DNA of 54,686 nt, filler included, from Sphacelaria rigidula (taxonomy: Eukaryota), in the NCBI GenBank assembly GCA_964200075.2. It is 5 parts of 5 records of this genome, joined end to end, with 100 filler letters (N's around TTAATTAATTAA, not from the genome) between each part and the next. Parts side by side here need not be neighbours in the genome. Positions count along the whole stretch, not along the records: positions 21,917 to 32,774 come from CAXNAA020005782.1; positions 32,875 to 43,730 come from CAXNAA020005783.1; 3 more parts are not named here. One strand, written 5' to 3'. The notes under the pieces are model-generated. The model was not told where the DNA came from. It searched no databases and saw only the letters and a program-made list of their open reading frames with translations. Made by a program: the position numbers and the translations under genes. The number at the start of each line of letters is the position of its first letter. Position 1 is the stretch's first letter. This document shows, piece after piece, positions 24,642-38,070 of the stretch.

Positions 24642-27143
24642 CTTCCGCCTTCTGCAACTTTTGGGCTTTCTTAGCTGAAGCAGGAGTGCCAACGCTATGA
24701 CGTCCACGCTTGGCGTTTCCCCCTCCTTCTCCGCTTTTTTGGGGTCGTGTGTGAAACCACCCGACCAATAGCATAGGCGTTTCTATCGCACCCCCACTCT
24801 CCGCTACCGCTACCATTGTCGTCGTCGTCGCTGCCGCCGCGGCATCAGCAGCGGGAGATGCTACAATCGCTGGGTTTCCGGTGTCACACGCGTTTGCTCC
24901 AGCTTCGTCTACTCCCTCGTCTGCGGTCTGGAGACGAGAAGCACCAGCATCGGCAGCAGTGGCGGCGGTTGCACAAGTGGAGGACGCGGTGGCGGCGTCT
25001 TCGCCCTGTGACCTCTCAACATCCGCAGCAGCAGCAGTTGTAGTAGTAGTAGCAGGAGCAGCAGCGGCGGCGGCAGCAGCAGCAGCGCGGGACGCAAGAA
25101 ACTCTTCTGGACTGAGGGTTTCAGCATCAGCTAAATCAAGGCTAGCTGTTTCACTTTCCGGCGTTGGGGTCGGGGGCATCGGTCGTCGATTTGAGAGCCA
25201 AGCCCCTGCAGCAACAGCAGCAGGCCGGGACGAAGGTCGGGCGATGGCCAGCTCTTTTTTCGCTGGGGTTTGTTGAGGCGGGATCAGGCTCGAGGCTTTG
25301 GGAAGATTGGCTTCTTCAGGGGAACGCGCCTTTGTTGGGGTCTTCTTCAATGAAGAGTCGCTGCTGACAGCGGCAACGTCCTGGGTCGAGTCCTTCGGGC
25401 GCCGGCCCTTCAAGTCGGCACCAGGCAGACGTTCGGGTTCAATCGGCAATCCGGCCCTTCCCCGCCCTTCTGAATCTGGTTTACTGACACGTTGCCCGAC
25501 CCCCGGGAGGTGTTTTGGCAGCTCTGTTATGTCCGGCGCACCACAGCTCCCTTCGGCATGCGCGCCCCGAACAGCACCTTCCTCACCCACCCCACCTTCC
25601 CCACCCACTTTACCCCTACTTTCTGTACGAGTGCAGCCCCCTTCTCCTTCATATGAAACAATATCGCCTCGACCACAAACACCAGCGCCCCAATTGGTTT
25701 TTCCCCTCGCTGCAGCGCCGTCTGTGAAGTATTCGGTTTCGGGGGTGGCGCAGTTGCTGGCAGGCCGTATCCTGCTTTGGCAGTTCACCTTATTATCGGT
25801 AGAGACGACCTTTTCGCCAGCAGGAGGAGCGCAGACGTCCGACCCACCAACCCCATCGACGGAGCTGCACTTACCACCATCTATCATCGTCCTCGAAACG
25901 GTTGTCCCTTGCTGCCTCGATGGTAGTGTGCTTTCCGCACGTAACTCTGGACAGTTCGCCTGTTCGGCGGCCTGCGGTGTCAATGCTCCGTGCACCTCCG
26001 GTGTTGCTGCTCCGGGAGCCCGGTTTGAACATTCGGACTGACCGGTCGATTCAGTCGGCTTAAAGGCTGCGGACTCGACTGCCCCCGACACCACAGCCCC
26101 AGTGTTCTGTGGGACACGCGAGTAGCTCCGTCGCTCCTCGCTTGTCCGTCCAGTATTCCCATCATCTTCCGCAAGACATACTTGGGGTAACCCCCTGCTA
26201 TTTGGCGGAAGTGTGGGCAAGCGGGACACCTTCTGCGTAGACTCATCCGCTGCAACGTGCTCGTTCTCGGTACGTGCCTCGGAATGCACACCTGCAATCT
26301 GATTCGCTTGAATTCCCTTGTTACATGCTCCCTCATCGGCAGGCGCATTTTGCATGCACCTAATTCCGTCAGACTGGTTGGCCCGCACAGTGTCCATTCG
26401 TGTTGGTGAAGATTCAGCTTCAGATTCCTCAGGTTCTTCCTCAACACCAACCAACGGCACGGGCACCATCGGCAAGACTTCTTCCACTTCCGTTTCGTAT
26501 CCATCCACATCCTCATCCGAACTCGCTGATCCTTCAACGTCCTTTTCAGGTTCCATCACTTCTCCTTCCTGCCCATGCTCCCCAGGCTCCGCATCAAGGC
26601 CGGCCTTGCTGGCAGTCTCGAGATAGGCACTGGGGGCTAACACATCTCCTCGAGCTGCGATACCCCGTGTGTCCTCACAATCCCCTACCTTTTGCTGATC
26701 CGCAGCATCATCGCGATTGTCGTGGACCTCCTCTATCTGTGTGTCACTCGTTTGATCCTCCGCTTCCAGTAAGACCTCGCAGTCTGTTTCTATGCCATCG
26801 TCGTAGCCGTCACTCTCCACCCTCTCTTCGACCCCCTCTTGTTCTAATTGTTGCTTCTCGGGTAGCACCGTCCCTTCCTCCTGCTCAACATTCGATTCTT
26901 CCTCCCATCTCGGACCACAGGCCTCATATACACCATCATCTCTCGTGTTACGCACGGACGCTCTTCGCGGAGAGTTTTCACCGCAGACGATGTCCTGCAG
27001 GTTGTCCCTAGTGTCCCTGCCGGCTACCGGAGAAGCGCGCACGGGCGAAGGCGCCGGTCCTGGAGCTCGGGCGGTGCACGTTCCTTCCAACGTCGATTCG
27101 GGCGTTTTGCCGTTACGAGCCAATGCAACCGGAGAAGGAGGAG

Positions 27144-27174
<31 letters not shown>

Positions 27175-27642
27175 GGGAGGAGGAGGTGCAGAAGCAGGAC
27201 TATCGTTCCCAATATAAGGGCCCTGCGCCCCTTCTCCTTTTGGGGGGTCTCGTTCCGGGGTATGTTCTCGGCGAGGGCTAGCCGAAAGAGAGTTTGATAA
27301 TTTGAGAGACCAGGGACTCCCGTTGTTGCTGTTGTTCTCGCTTCGGCCGTCGATACTTGGAGGTTTCCATCCGGGAGAAAATCCCGGTTTACTCACACTC
27401 CCGCGGCTACTGCGTGCCGGCGCAAGGAATTTTGGAGTATCTTTACCCGTGCCACTGCCGCTGAGCTGCCCGCTTGGGGACAAGGCTAGACATAGACTTG
27501 ATTGGAAGGACTCGTTGCTCTCTCTGCCTTGAGTCCCACGATGGCTATTGCTGCTAGGCAGCTGCTGCCGATCACGATGGCCTGCGGTCTTTCCAGGGGT
27601 TGAAACGCTTGCTGCCAATGCCGATAAATTTGTCCCGTGCTC
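24642..27642 (-). CDS. Exon 3 (3.0 kb) of the low-complexity protein gene
   Basis: tatAG acceptor in frame with ORF 24514-27618; GAAG|GTAAGA donor (phase 1; an alternative donor lies at about 24611); rich in S/A/E/G/P with poly-Pro and poly-Ala runs. Confidence 0.8.
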
Positions 27643-28320
27643 CTATATTTGTGATGAGAAAGGGAGAGCGGTCCGGTCGGGAGTTGTTGTTTGTGCTAGG
27701 GAGACACTGCAGTTCTGTTCGAAAATTCAAGTCTCAGGAGCAATATAGTAAGTGCAGGCAGCACAGTACAGAGCACAAAGGTAGGTTCTCCTACGTCCGC
27801 CCCCTTTCCTCATCTCTCAACACGACGGCCTTCCTCGTCAGCAACAGGCGTTTTCGGGGGGTAAACACCCAGCTGTTACTTTCTCATGGGTGTTGATTTT
27901 CTATGCCAACCTGTCAACACACTGCTACTGCTAGTATTAACTGGTGTATGCAATCCACCCGATGACATGTTTGACTAATACGTCCAATGCCGACTGCATG
28001 AACATTACCGTTCGAATTGTCTCTTTTTGTGGCGCGGCACCGCAGTACGGTTACAAAAAATACCCCTACGGCAGGCTGTAGATTAGAATCGCATTCGTGG
28101 GCATCATTGCGTGCATTTTATTGGCCAAGATATATACAATTACATACACGAACACAAATATCACGAGCAGCAGCGAACCATCACCCTTGAAATGGCGCCA
28201 AGATACTGCCAACGACAGTTCTCACCATCAAGTTTAAATAGTTGAACGTCATCAGCCAAGGTAAGCACGAAGGTTCTTGCACCTCGGTGTACTCCGAAAA
28301 ACTTGAACACTGCTTCTTAC

Positions 28321-29651
28321 CTCTGAGGCTACTGTCAACGACAAGCTCAAGTGTAGCGAGGACGAAGATCCCGCAGGACTGTGCTCTCGACCGCCAGAGC
28401 CAGGAGCCACGTTCCGTTCGTCCATTGCTATTGAGGATGGCGCGTATCTCCGCTCCTGACCAGGGCGGTCGGAGAGAGTAGGGGATGCTCCCAGTCCACC
28501 ACATTTAGCAGTGGGCAGCGCCAATGTCGTGAGTGATGACACAGCGGCCTCCCTTCTCGCGTCGCCATCTGAAACTCGGGTCATTTGATTGACAGTCTCA
28601 ACAACAATCGTTTTATCCTCCAGCTGCTGCGTCGATCTCGGAGCAATGGCCGTAGGAGTCGCACCACTTACCGCCGCCTCACTCCGTAATGCCTCAGTTT
28701 CGATAGCAGCCGTGATACTGGCACTTTCAGGCGTCGCCGAGCACTTTTCGCAATGCGTGCTGCCGCCGCCGACGTCCCGCTGTGGCAACTCAGGCCGCTC
28801 ATCATTGTGTGGTGGTTTCGGTTTCGCAGAAAACAAACTGGCCGGATTTATATCGTGAGGACTACAAGCAGTCCGCGGCGTGTTGTGACAAACGTTACCA
28901 GCATAATCTTCCTTGGAGCAAGGAGGCCGAGATGATTGCTGTGGGTCATATTCTTGTGATGCTAGCGCCAGACTGCTGGCGAGGCCCACCCCGGCCTTGC
29001 TCCAAATCCCACCACAATTTGACGCGGTTTCAACCTGCGGCTTCACCAATGTTCCCGGTGCTTCCAGTGGATATTGTTTCGCGGATGGTGGCGTAAAAAA
29101 ACCACTTCCCAGGACATCCGACTTATCGCCGTCATCTCTGCCATCACACACAGCGGAAGGGCGCTTCGATACGTCAGGTATTTTCCCTCCAGCGCTAGCA
29201 GCACTAGCTGCACTAGCTGCACTAGCTACACCACCACCACTAACACGTGGGCGTTTCCAACGATCATCTCCCGGCGGCTCCACGTTAAGAACACCCTCTC
29301 GCGCACCCACGTTACTTTTGTCTACTACTTGGCTGGTAAAAGATGAAACGCCGGCTGCAGTGGGATTATTTCTCTCATCAGTGACGCTTGCCTCGACACC
29401 CTCCTGCGTCCCTTGTGATGGCATCTGCGAGAGACTGATATTGTCGAGCAGGGTCGCGAACAGCCCAGGCCGCGCCATATTGTTCTGTTCTGGGCGATGC
29501 GGTGGATAAGGTTGTGCCGCCGCCGCCGCTAATCCAACGTCCTGCTGCACAACAATTTGTTCCTGATACCGAGAAGTAGCCGGTGGCGATTCCGGCTTCT
29601 GAGCCTCCGTAGGGGCAGGGGGGCGTCTCTCCGCAATAGTTGCGTCTTCAC
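28321..29651 (-). CDS. Exon 2 of the low-complexity protein gene
   Basis: atgcAG acceptor (phase 1) and GAG|GTAAGA donor (phase 0); same frame as ORF 28252-29550. Confidence 0.8.
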
Positions 29652-29829
29652 CTGCATATATGATTGCCCAAAGTGTACGTTGTACGTCTTATAGATGGCA
29701 CAAAAAGGGCCATGTCAGACTAGCAGCTGCGGTGTTAAGTTCAAGGGTTTGGCCTATTACTGTTGCAGCGGATAATCTGCAGTAGCAGCCAGAAAAAACA
29801 GCAAGTAGACCTCGGGTACCGTGTCGTAC

Positions 29830-30205
29830 CTGCTGCAGATTGCCCCGCGTCTCCGGTGATGTCAGCACCCGCCGCCGCCGGTGCAAAGTCCAGCCTACCG
29901 CGGCCAATGAACCCCCTCATCCCTGCCCGGCTTCCTGGCAATCCGTCCAGTTCAGTTGAGGGGACATCGTCAACAACAGGCCCAGTGCCAGCTGGGCTGA
30001 GCCTTAGAGATGTACGAGGTGGTGTTGGCGTTGGGGACGGTACGGTGTACAGGAAGGCTACAGTACTGCCAGGGCTACCGTTGAGCGGTAGGCCTGACGG
30101 GGAATCTGCCATACCGCTTGGTGTTGGTGCTGACGGTGAGAATCTGACAGCGTCACCACCGCCAACAGCGTCATTTTTTGCTTCCCGTGGGCTTGGGGAA
30201 GGCAT
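29830..30205 (-). CDS. First identified exon of the low-complexity protein gene (true start uncertain)
   Basis: ORF 29741-30205, CAG|GTACGA donor phase 1 matching exon 2; the frame stays open to a TAG at about 30239, so upstream exons may exist. Confidence 0.65.
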
Positions 30206-32774
30206 GGGAAAGGAACCAGCTGGCGGTGTAGGGGGCCGCTACCGCAACCCAGTTGGCAAGCGACACAGTAGTCGCCAGTTTGAAGTCGAAATCGAGTATG
30301 ACCAATTGTACGCGTTACAAAGGTCTAGCCCGGCCTTTGCAGCGCGGGCTTGGGCGTGTTGTCATTTCGCTATCGCCTATCCGGGAATGCTGAGTTTGTT
30401 CGCTCTGGTCCGCTGTAGATCTACCCTACAGAAATACAGCATAGACAGTACTAGTCGTCACTAATCGACGGGACGCAGGGGGTGAGATGGCGCAGCAGAT
30501 GCCTGCCGGCGGGGGGGGGGCGCCGCAACAGCGCAAGCTGAATATTGTGATAGAGGGATGCTGCCATGGCGAGCTGCCCAACATTTATGCCTCAGTGAAG
30601 CGGACGGAGCAGGTGATACACTCATATACTTCTGTATAGCCAAGTCATTGCGGTGCCGTATGGTGCAAGACAGACGCACAGTGTACAACACCTTGCCGTA
30701 GTACATGACCTTGCCGCAGTACATGCGGCACGGTGGGTGACGAGGTATAACACCCCCCCCCCCCTATAGACAGGTTTTTCGGCGCGGATTGTTCTCCAGA
30801 CGTAAAACACAGCACTCCCGAGATGATGAAAAAAATCTACGATGTTTGTAAAGAACGCATGTGCAGACCGGAGGACGTCCCAATTTCCGATAAAGATGAA
30901 AAATTGGCAGTCGGACAACCCAGGGGAAGCTACACTATGTGATCAACGGTTCGTGAGGTCTACAAGCCCTCTTGTCGGTACCGGAGTCTGCATGTCTGCG
31001 AGTACTAGCCAGATGTTGACTATAAAGGAATCACCTGTGAAGCCCGCGAATTGTGTTTGATTGTATATCCTTGAAAAAATGGGCCCCGGACATCTGGAAA
31101 GGTGTTTGTGAGATCCGGGTAAATGAGCTCATATCCGTGCTCTTCAACACGAGAGCGCCTGGACCTTTTTTTTACGTCCTCCCCCGAAATCGGAGCGCGG
31201 TTAAGTTCACGGGCTGCAAAAAGTAGCTACTTGTAACACACATCGCTACTTACTGGTGCACAGTCATAGAAAAACTCTCAGCTACACTCCAGAAGAAGTT
31301 CTATCCAATTGTATCCAGTACAGCACATGAACAGGTGATCGGTATTTAGAATAACAGCTCACTAGCCGGTAATGCCTCGCGCTGGCTAATCCTGCTCCCC
31401 GGGCCTCGTGTCGAACCCATTGTATTTTTTCCTGATCATGCTTGGACAAGAGTTACTTGGACAAACTTGTCAAATAGTTGTATTAACGTCGCAGCCTTCT
31501 CTTCTTGTTTCAGCTCGATGGTACAGCTGTCACCGACAGTACAGCCGTTGGTCGGTGTGCTGAATACGGTCAAGATACAGTCACCCTAAAGGCAAGGTGA
31601 AATATTTCGCAGGGTCAGCAACTCAAAATCCTTCCGGAATTCCTATCGAGACCGTGAAGATCTGAGGGGTATCAACTAGCGTCAAATCCTTTATGAGGAA
31701 ACCTTGCAAACCTTGATGCTAGCGTGCCGCTCGCGTTTTCCGAATGTGAAGGCGGCGCAACGGCTCCCGAGAGCGTAGGTGCCGAGGCACACTTGTTCCT
31801 CAAGTCAAGTCAACTCCGCGACAGTACTGAGTTCTCAAGCTGGAAGAGGTTTCCAACCTCTATCGAACCGTGTAGAGAAATGAGAACCATCGCGTGATGT
31901 GCAACCTTTGGCAGTGAGACGCCGTGTTGTCTCTACACCGCATTGATCTCTTCACTGTGTTGGTACGTTGCGTAGCGCCAGGCGGTGGTCTCTCGCAGCA
32001 GCATGACACCCAGCTCGGCTGAGCAAAGGTGGTATATCCCGAAACGGTGACAGCATCCGGCCTCGTTTGCCGTACGTTGGCTCATATCGACCTCAAATAT
32101 CGTCAGCAATGACCTTAAGAGCATCGCGTGCTGCCTGATAAATGTCGTAGGCGACGGAGTATAGTATCCATCTACGCCTACAAAAACAGTACCCCAGAAT
32201 TATCGATGGCCGTAACCATCGCATGCCGCATGATGAATTTCATAGTCAACGGAGTATCCGTTGGACGCCTACAAAACCATGCTCCAAAATTTACCGGAAC
32301 ATCGGCGGGCAAACTCTTGCATCGTTAGCCATGGGTATTCAAAGGGTTACCGGTCAAGTCTTTGGCGCAAAGGCTCTGTCATTCTTCAATGAAATATCTG
32401 GGGTTAAAATATACCAAAAACAAACGAAAAATTGAAGATGATCCAATGCCTTTCGGATCAAGGCGCATTGGTATAGCACATTGGTACAATACACAAGACA
32501 TGATGTAACCCCTACCCCCCTAGTATACCATCTCATATTACAGTCTTGTGGGGGAAATAATGGACGAATCCACACTAGACAGTGTTATTCCTTTTCAATA
32601 TTATGGAGGCGGTATTTTTGAAGATTAGGCCCCCCAACACAGTACACGAGGCGTCTGATGATACTAAAACTTGACTTATGTGTGGACTGAAGCCGCGGGT
32701 AGGTGTTGACGCAGCAGTTTCCGTGAACCATGGCGTTTTGTGCGCTGCGTAGCTTGAAAGGATGATTATGCACG

Positions 32775-32874
32775 NNNNNNNNNNNNNNNNNNNNNNNNNN
32801 NNNNNNNNNNNNNNNNNNTTAATTAATTAANNNNNNNNNNNNNNNNNNNNNNNNNNNNNNNNNNNNNNNNNNNN
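32775..32874. other. Artificial contig linker
   Basis: N44-TTAATTAATTAA-N44. Confidence 0.99.
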
Positions 32875-33798
32875 GTGGGGTCGTTTGTTTCTTGTCGTGT
32901 TGGCTGGGGTAAAGTACGTTCGCATGCTTGGTAGGCCTGGAATCGGCGCGCATTGCAGAGTGACATCGACTCTGTCGCTGCTAGTCTCAAGCTGGAGCTT
33001 CTCGACTAAATTGGTTTCCCAGAATTTCGAAATGATGTAACACGACGTCCTCTTGCACACTTGACCTTTCCCCGTACCAAGTGTGCGGTCGTTTGTTTCT
33101 TGCCGTGTTGATGGGGGTGAAGTACGTTCGCATGCTTGGTAGGCCTGGAATCGGCGCGCATTGCATGGCGACATCGATTCTGTCACTGCTAGTCTCAAGC
33201 TGGCGCTGCTCGACTCAATTTGTTTCCGAGAATTTCGAAATGATGTAACACGACGTCCTCTTGCACACTTGACCTTGCCCCCGTACCAAGTGTGCGGTCG
33301 TTTGTTTCTTGTCGTGTTGATGGGGGTAAAGTACGTTCGCATGCTTGGTAGGCCTGGAATCGGCGCGCATTGCAGGGCGACATCGATTATGTCACTGCTT
33401 GTCTCAAGCTGGAGCTGCTCGACTCAATTTGTTTCTAAAAAGTTTGAAATGATGTAACACGACGTCCTCTTGCACACTTGACCTTACCCCCGTACCAAGT
33501 GTGCGATCGTTCGTTTCTTGTCGTGTTGATGGGGGTAAAGTACGTTCGCATGCTTGGTAGGCCTAAAATCGACGCGCATTGGAGGGTGATATCGATTATG
33601 TCACTGCGAACACAGGCTCGAGCTGCTTGGCTCAATTTGTGTCCAAGGATTTCGGAATGTAGTTTCGGAACGTCAACTATGCGTCGTGGCTGATGTAACA
33701 CGACGTCCTCTTGCACACTTGATCTTGCCCCCTACCAAGTGTGCGGTCGTTTGTTTCTTGTCGCGTTGATGGGGGTAAAGTACGTTCGCATGCTTGGT
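32875..33798. repeat. Tandem array of ~209-bp units (at least 4.3 copies, truncated by contig start)
   Basis: Unit start gtgtgcg(g/a)tcgtt at 33081, 33290, 33499, 33739 (periods 209, 209, 240). Confidence 0.95.
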
Positions 33799-33850
33799 GG
33801 GCATAGATTCGTGTTTGAATTGGACTTTATATTTCATGTGTTATTTGTAA

Positions 33851-34699
33851 ATGATGATTTCGCACACCAAAATCAAGTTTCTTGTCGACACAGAACGCGT
33901 GGACGCAGGCAGTGTCCACGAGGCTATTAAGGAAAGATACCCCCTTATCCCCTACTGCGGCTTCTACGAGCTGCATAAGGAGATTCGTCTCTACGTTCAA
34001 CCCAAGCAACGGCGATCGGGAGCACAACTTTCGTACATTCTGTCTACACTCCGACCTCCAATCAAGATAAAGGAAATGTCTAAGTATTCCAAAATTGAAG
34101 GGGTATTGTTGGATGAATCCGGAGTTCGGACAGTACATGGTGGAAGACGAGTTTATTCCGAAGCGAGAGTTGGAGGTGCCGTGGCCACTGACAGCACTGG
34201 CCACCAGGGCATCTCTCCAACCAAGAAGAAAACCGTCACCGTGAACCCGTTCGGCCAAGCATCCTTGGGACACATTACTCTGGAGTTGGTCATGGACTTA
34301 GCGACCCGACCCACGTCTTGGGATCGAGTAAATGACTTTGCAAAATAATTGTACAGTGAAGAGGAGAACATGAATTTACGTCTACGGGCCAAGGAGGGCT
34401 ACGTGAAAGTACGCGTTGACGACGGTGAATGGGAGACGAAACCCAAGATACGCGAGTACGACGGGATCACAAAAAACCTTTTGCGGCAATATCGCGAGGT
34501 ATTGAATACTTTCAAAGACAGCATTTCGGAGGATGGTGTGGAGAGGTGTGAGAGGGTTTTAGCCAGCATCGAGTTTGATATGAGCAGCACTGACCCCGAA
34601 TACAGGGAGACTTACGAAATTTTCCGTGAAAACACTGCCACTGTAATCGGGGAAAACATTTTGGAAAAGGTTCGACGAAAGAAGTTAAACCTTGTTTGA
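33851..34699 (+). pseudogene. Intronless ~282-codon gene with one in-frame stop; resembles NCLDV (giant virus) hypothetical proteins
   Basis: ORFs 33851-34348 and 34349-34699 are in the same frame, split by TAA 34346-34348. The pattern NPFGQASLGHIT...LYSEEENMNLR...KEGYVKV...W recalls the NxFGxExLSHI...PENxNI...W domain common in NCLDV proteins (recognised by eye). Confidence 0.6.
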
Positions 34700-34789
34700 A
34701 GATGTGTAGTTGGGGGAGCAAAAATCTGCGGCTTGTGTAACTCTATAGCTTTCGTTTCCTCTCCACCTCATCTTCGCTAATCTCTAGTA

Positions 34790-36122
34790 CATGATCAAAC
34801 CACCGTACTCGTTTGTAGCAAGGCACGGGACAACACGTTCCTGCCATCATTTCTCTAGAGGAGTCGCTATCGCTCGGCGGCGTGCACCATAACACCAGGG
34901 ACTCGTCGAGAGGTATTTGCCTTCTGAACAGAGTATATGTGGGTCCAACAGAAAGTGGGGGTGGGCGGACATCTGGTCCGGCATCTTGAGATCAGTATAG
35001 AAAAGTGGCTTGCTCAGCACGCTCTCGCGGCCGGGTGAGAACAGGTCGGCGTGGTCTAAACATTTGTGAGCATCACATTTTCTCCCGGTACGCGTCGAAG
35101 AGCCTCGGCGATAGGCTCTGGTTGTTGTTGGTTTTGTGGAATGTACCAAATTCGGGCATGCCACTCTCTACTTTCTGGCGTGCTTGCGGCGAGATGAAAA
35201 GGATTGCCATGTGCAAAGTTATCTGTGCTGCATCCGCAAAAAATGCGCGGACAGCTCTAATTCCATCCGTCAGTTGTGAGGCGGAGAACGAAACACTACG
35301 TGCTGTATGGTATCTGAATCAACACCCTCGAGCAGTTGCCCGCGGCACAGGAAGCCGCGGAATGATTCTGCGAGCTGTTTGTTTCTCGCCATCATCATGG
35401 TAGACACAAACATGGTGGATTTGGAAAAGCAAAACATCGCGGTCGTCGCCGCTGACAGCGACGTAATATCGAGGACGTTTGATTCTTTTAGGTTATTCCG
35501 CAGCTGGCTAGCCACATCCTCGTTCCCCGCAAACAGATCCTCGCGCGACACGCGGCAAATGGACTCAATCAAACACTCTAAAACACTCGCTACGCACGAA
35601 TTCTCGCCACTTATTTCCCTTCGCCTCTCAAGAAAACGTAGGCACGCTCTGGTATCAACGGGAAACTTGCGTACCGCACATAACTGATCGCGTCAGATAA
35701 CTTTCCCCGCATCAACCAACAACTCTTGCAACGACGGAGACATAAGTATAAAACTGCACAACATACAAACAAGGACAAATCAGGCAGGGTCGTTGTGGTC
35801 CTCGAGGCACCGACTAACCAGCCTGCCCGACATGGCCGGGGAGAGGTGGTCGCTCAGCCGCTTGATTTTCTTGGCCCGTGAAAGAGTGAGGGGGCCGACG
35901 GGACCGCCGTTGCTGTTGCGGCGGCGGCGGCGGTCAGTCTGTGCCACCTCCGCATCGGGTGCGTGGAAGGCGGGCACCGGTTCCTCCATTTCTGTGTCTG
36001 TGTCACTGTCGGAGATGTCGTGGACGACGGGAGCCGGTTCCGTTACTGCTTCAGTCATCCGATATCTCCGTATCGGAGTTGGTTAGGTCGATGACCTCAC
36101 CGCCAGCGATATTGTCTGCCAT
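34790..36122 (-). pseudogene. Frameshifted, stop-interrupted gene of unknown function
   Basis: ATG at 36122 (MADNIAGGEVIDLTNSDTE); coding-like segments continue in shifting frames through ORFs 35780-36058, 35270-35572 and 34847-35164; a possible acceptor lies near 35755; boundaries approximate. Confidence 0.45.
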
Positions 36123-38070
36123 CCTGAATTGATGGGGATGAGTTTGATTTGTACAGGGAGTGGTGTGTTAAGATCCTGAGTGGCTCTTCGCTGTTGGATA
36201 TCTGCTGTGCATACAGACAAGATGTCACTGCCACACCATGAAAGAGGCGGAGTCAGGGTTGTTTTCCAAACCCACACATTGATCATTCCAAAAGAAAAAA
36301 AGAGCCATGCACGTACAATGAAATGTTTTCTGCTTTGCCGCCAAAACTGCAACTTGGGTATTTGATTTTGCCATGAAAATGTATGCATCGTGTAAACACG
36401 TGAACATAATGCTTCTCTGTGAGCCGGAAACAATGGGGCCGATGAAACAAGCCAGACCAATCTGCTCATGGATTCTATGTTCTCAACTCACGGATTCCAC
36501 ACACAACGCAGTCACGATAGGTGAAGATGAGAGAGGGATAACAATTGCAATCAGGAACAAAGGAACTCGAGTGTTTGAACGAAACGGCATGTTTGTGGCG
36601 TTTTGTTGTGTGCCCACCGGTAGGAGCACATGCAGTAGGATAGATCAGCAACAGAAACAGGATAAAGGTCTTCTTACACGCACGAAAAACAAAGCCGAGT
36701 ACACATATGCTCGTCAAAGCTCCGCTGTGCGTGTGTGTGTCCGGGACTTGTTCACCGTCTTTCTGTTGTTCTGTTTTCAGTTGTATTCTCACCGTAAGGT
36801 TCTGTGGCCCATGTAGGGGAAGGGGCAATTGCCGCCACCTCTCGCACCCAATCCTTGGCATCCCGGTGGCTCTTGGTCCATATATCCCCAAGCTGCAAGG
36901 CCCGCCCACCACACACACACACGCATTCACATCCACGTCGATCCAAGAGCCCAGCCGAAGGCGAGGATGGGTCTAGAGTGCGGGAAATGGCGAGGCGCAT
37001 AAAAAGGAGAATTCACAGGCAAAGAAAGTAAAGGACGATGTGCGCGGTTACGCTACATGAGGGGGTGCGTGCGGGACGCGATGGGATACCTGGGGGGCGG
37101 GCGTTCGCATGACTTACGAAAATCGAGGCAAAAAAAGACAATCTACACCGCTCTTCGCATGGTTTATGGGCATATTGCACATACATTCGAGAGTGTCGAG
37201 GTGGAAAAGTGCCGCGGAAGTTGTTCTGTATGGAGCAAGGCAAGACACGAATATCATTTGATCTAATGCATGCACACACGTGCAACAGCCACGTGCATCA
37301 AGCCAAAGCTTTCCGTGCCATATGGGTATTACATGCGTGGCGCATGAAATCTAAACCGCACGCGACCGGAACCTCACCTACTTAAGACACACACAAAGGT
37401 CTTCTGCCCGTGAAGAAACGGCTCTGTGCTGATCGACAGATGGATTCGGCAAAATCCAAGGACGCGACACAGTAGTGCCGAAAAGGGGCACGGGTGAAGA
37501 GCGCGTAGGGTGCTTCATATCACTGGCCTGCGATGGTAGAGCACAAGTGAAAGAGCGTGGTGAGATTACGGGGCGAAAGGGCGCAAGCACTGGATAAACA
37601 TGGAAAGGGGCGCGTTTACGCTACAGCTGGTCACATGATTGAATCTTGCGCAAAACATGACGGGCGTTTGCGGGACGAAGCGAAGCTTTGTTTCCGGTAG
37701 GTGTGATGGGGTAGAGAGAGGCTAGATACCAGGCAATAGGAGCGCCCGCGCGACTGGGGTTAGGGTAAACAATTTTGAGCATATTTCGGTGAACCATGCC
37801 TACGAGAGATTCTCGAGGTGGCAAAAAGTGAGCGGGTTTTGTTTTAAACTTTGAATTGCAAGACAGTGACACAAATCGTTTGATATGATGCACGCACGCC
37901 CGTGTAACACGCAAGCCAAACCTGAAACCAGGCGACGGCGATAGGATCGAAGAACGCAGTACGCTTCCTCTTCGCCTACTCTACTCCCTCTCGTTGATTG
38001 ACATAGACATCTCTCTCTCTGTGTCCTCTTGAAAAAAACACAGTAGACACACCGCAAAGCACTTGCTCAC

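Noticed and set aside
24816-30464. Long plus-strand ORFs overlapping the contig-3 gene
   Set aside because: Antisense shadows of GC-rich coding exons
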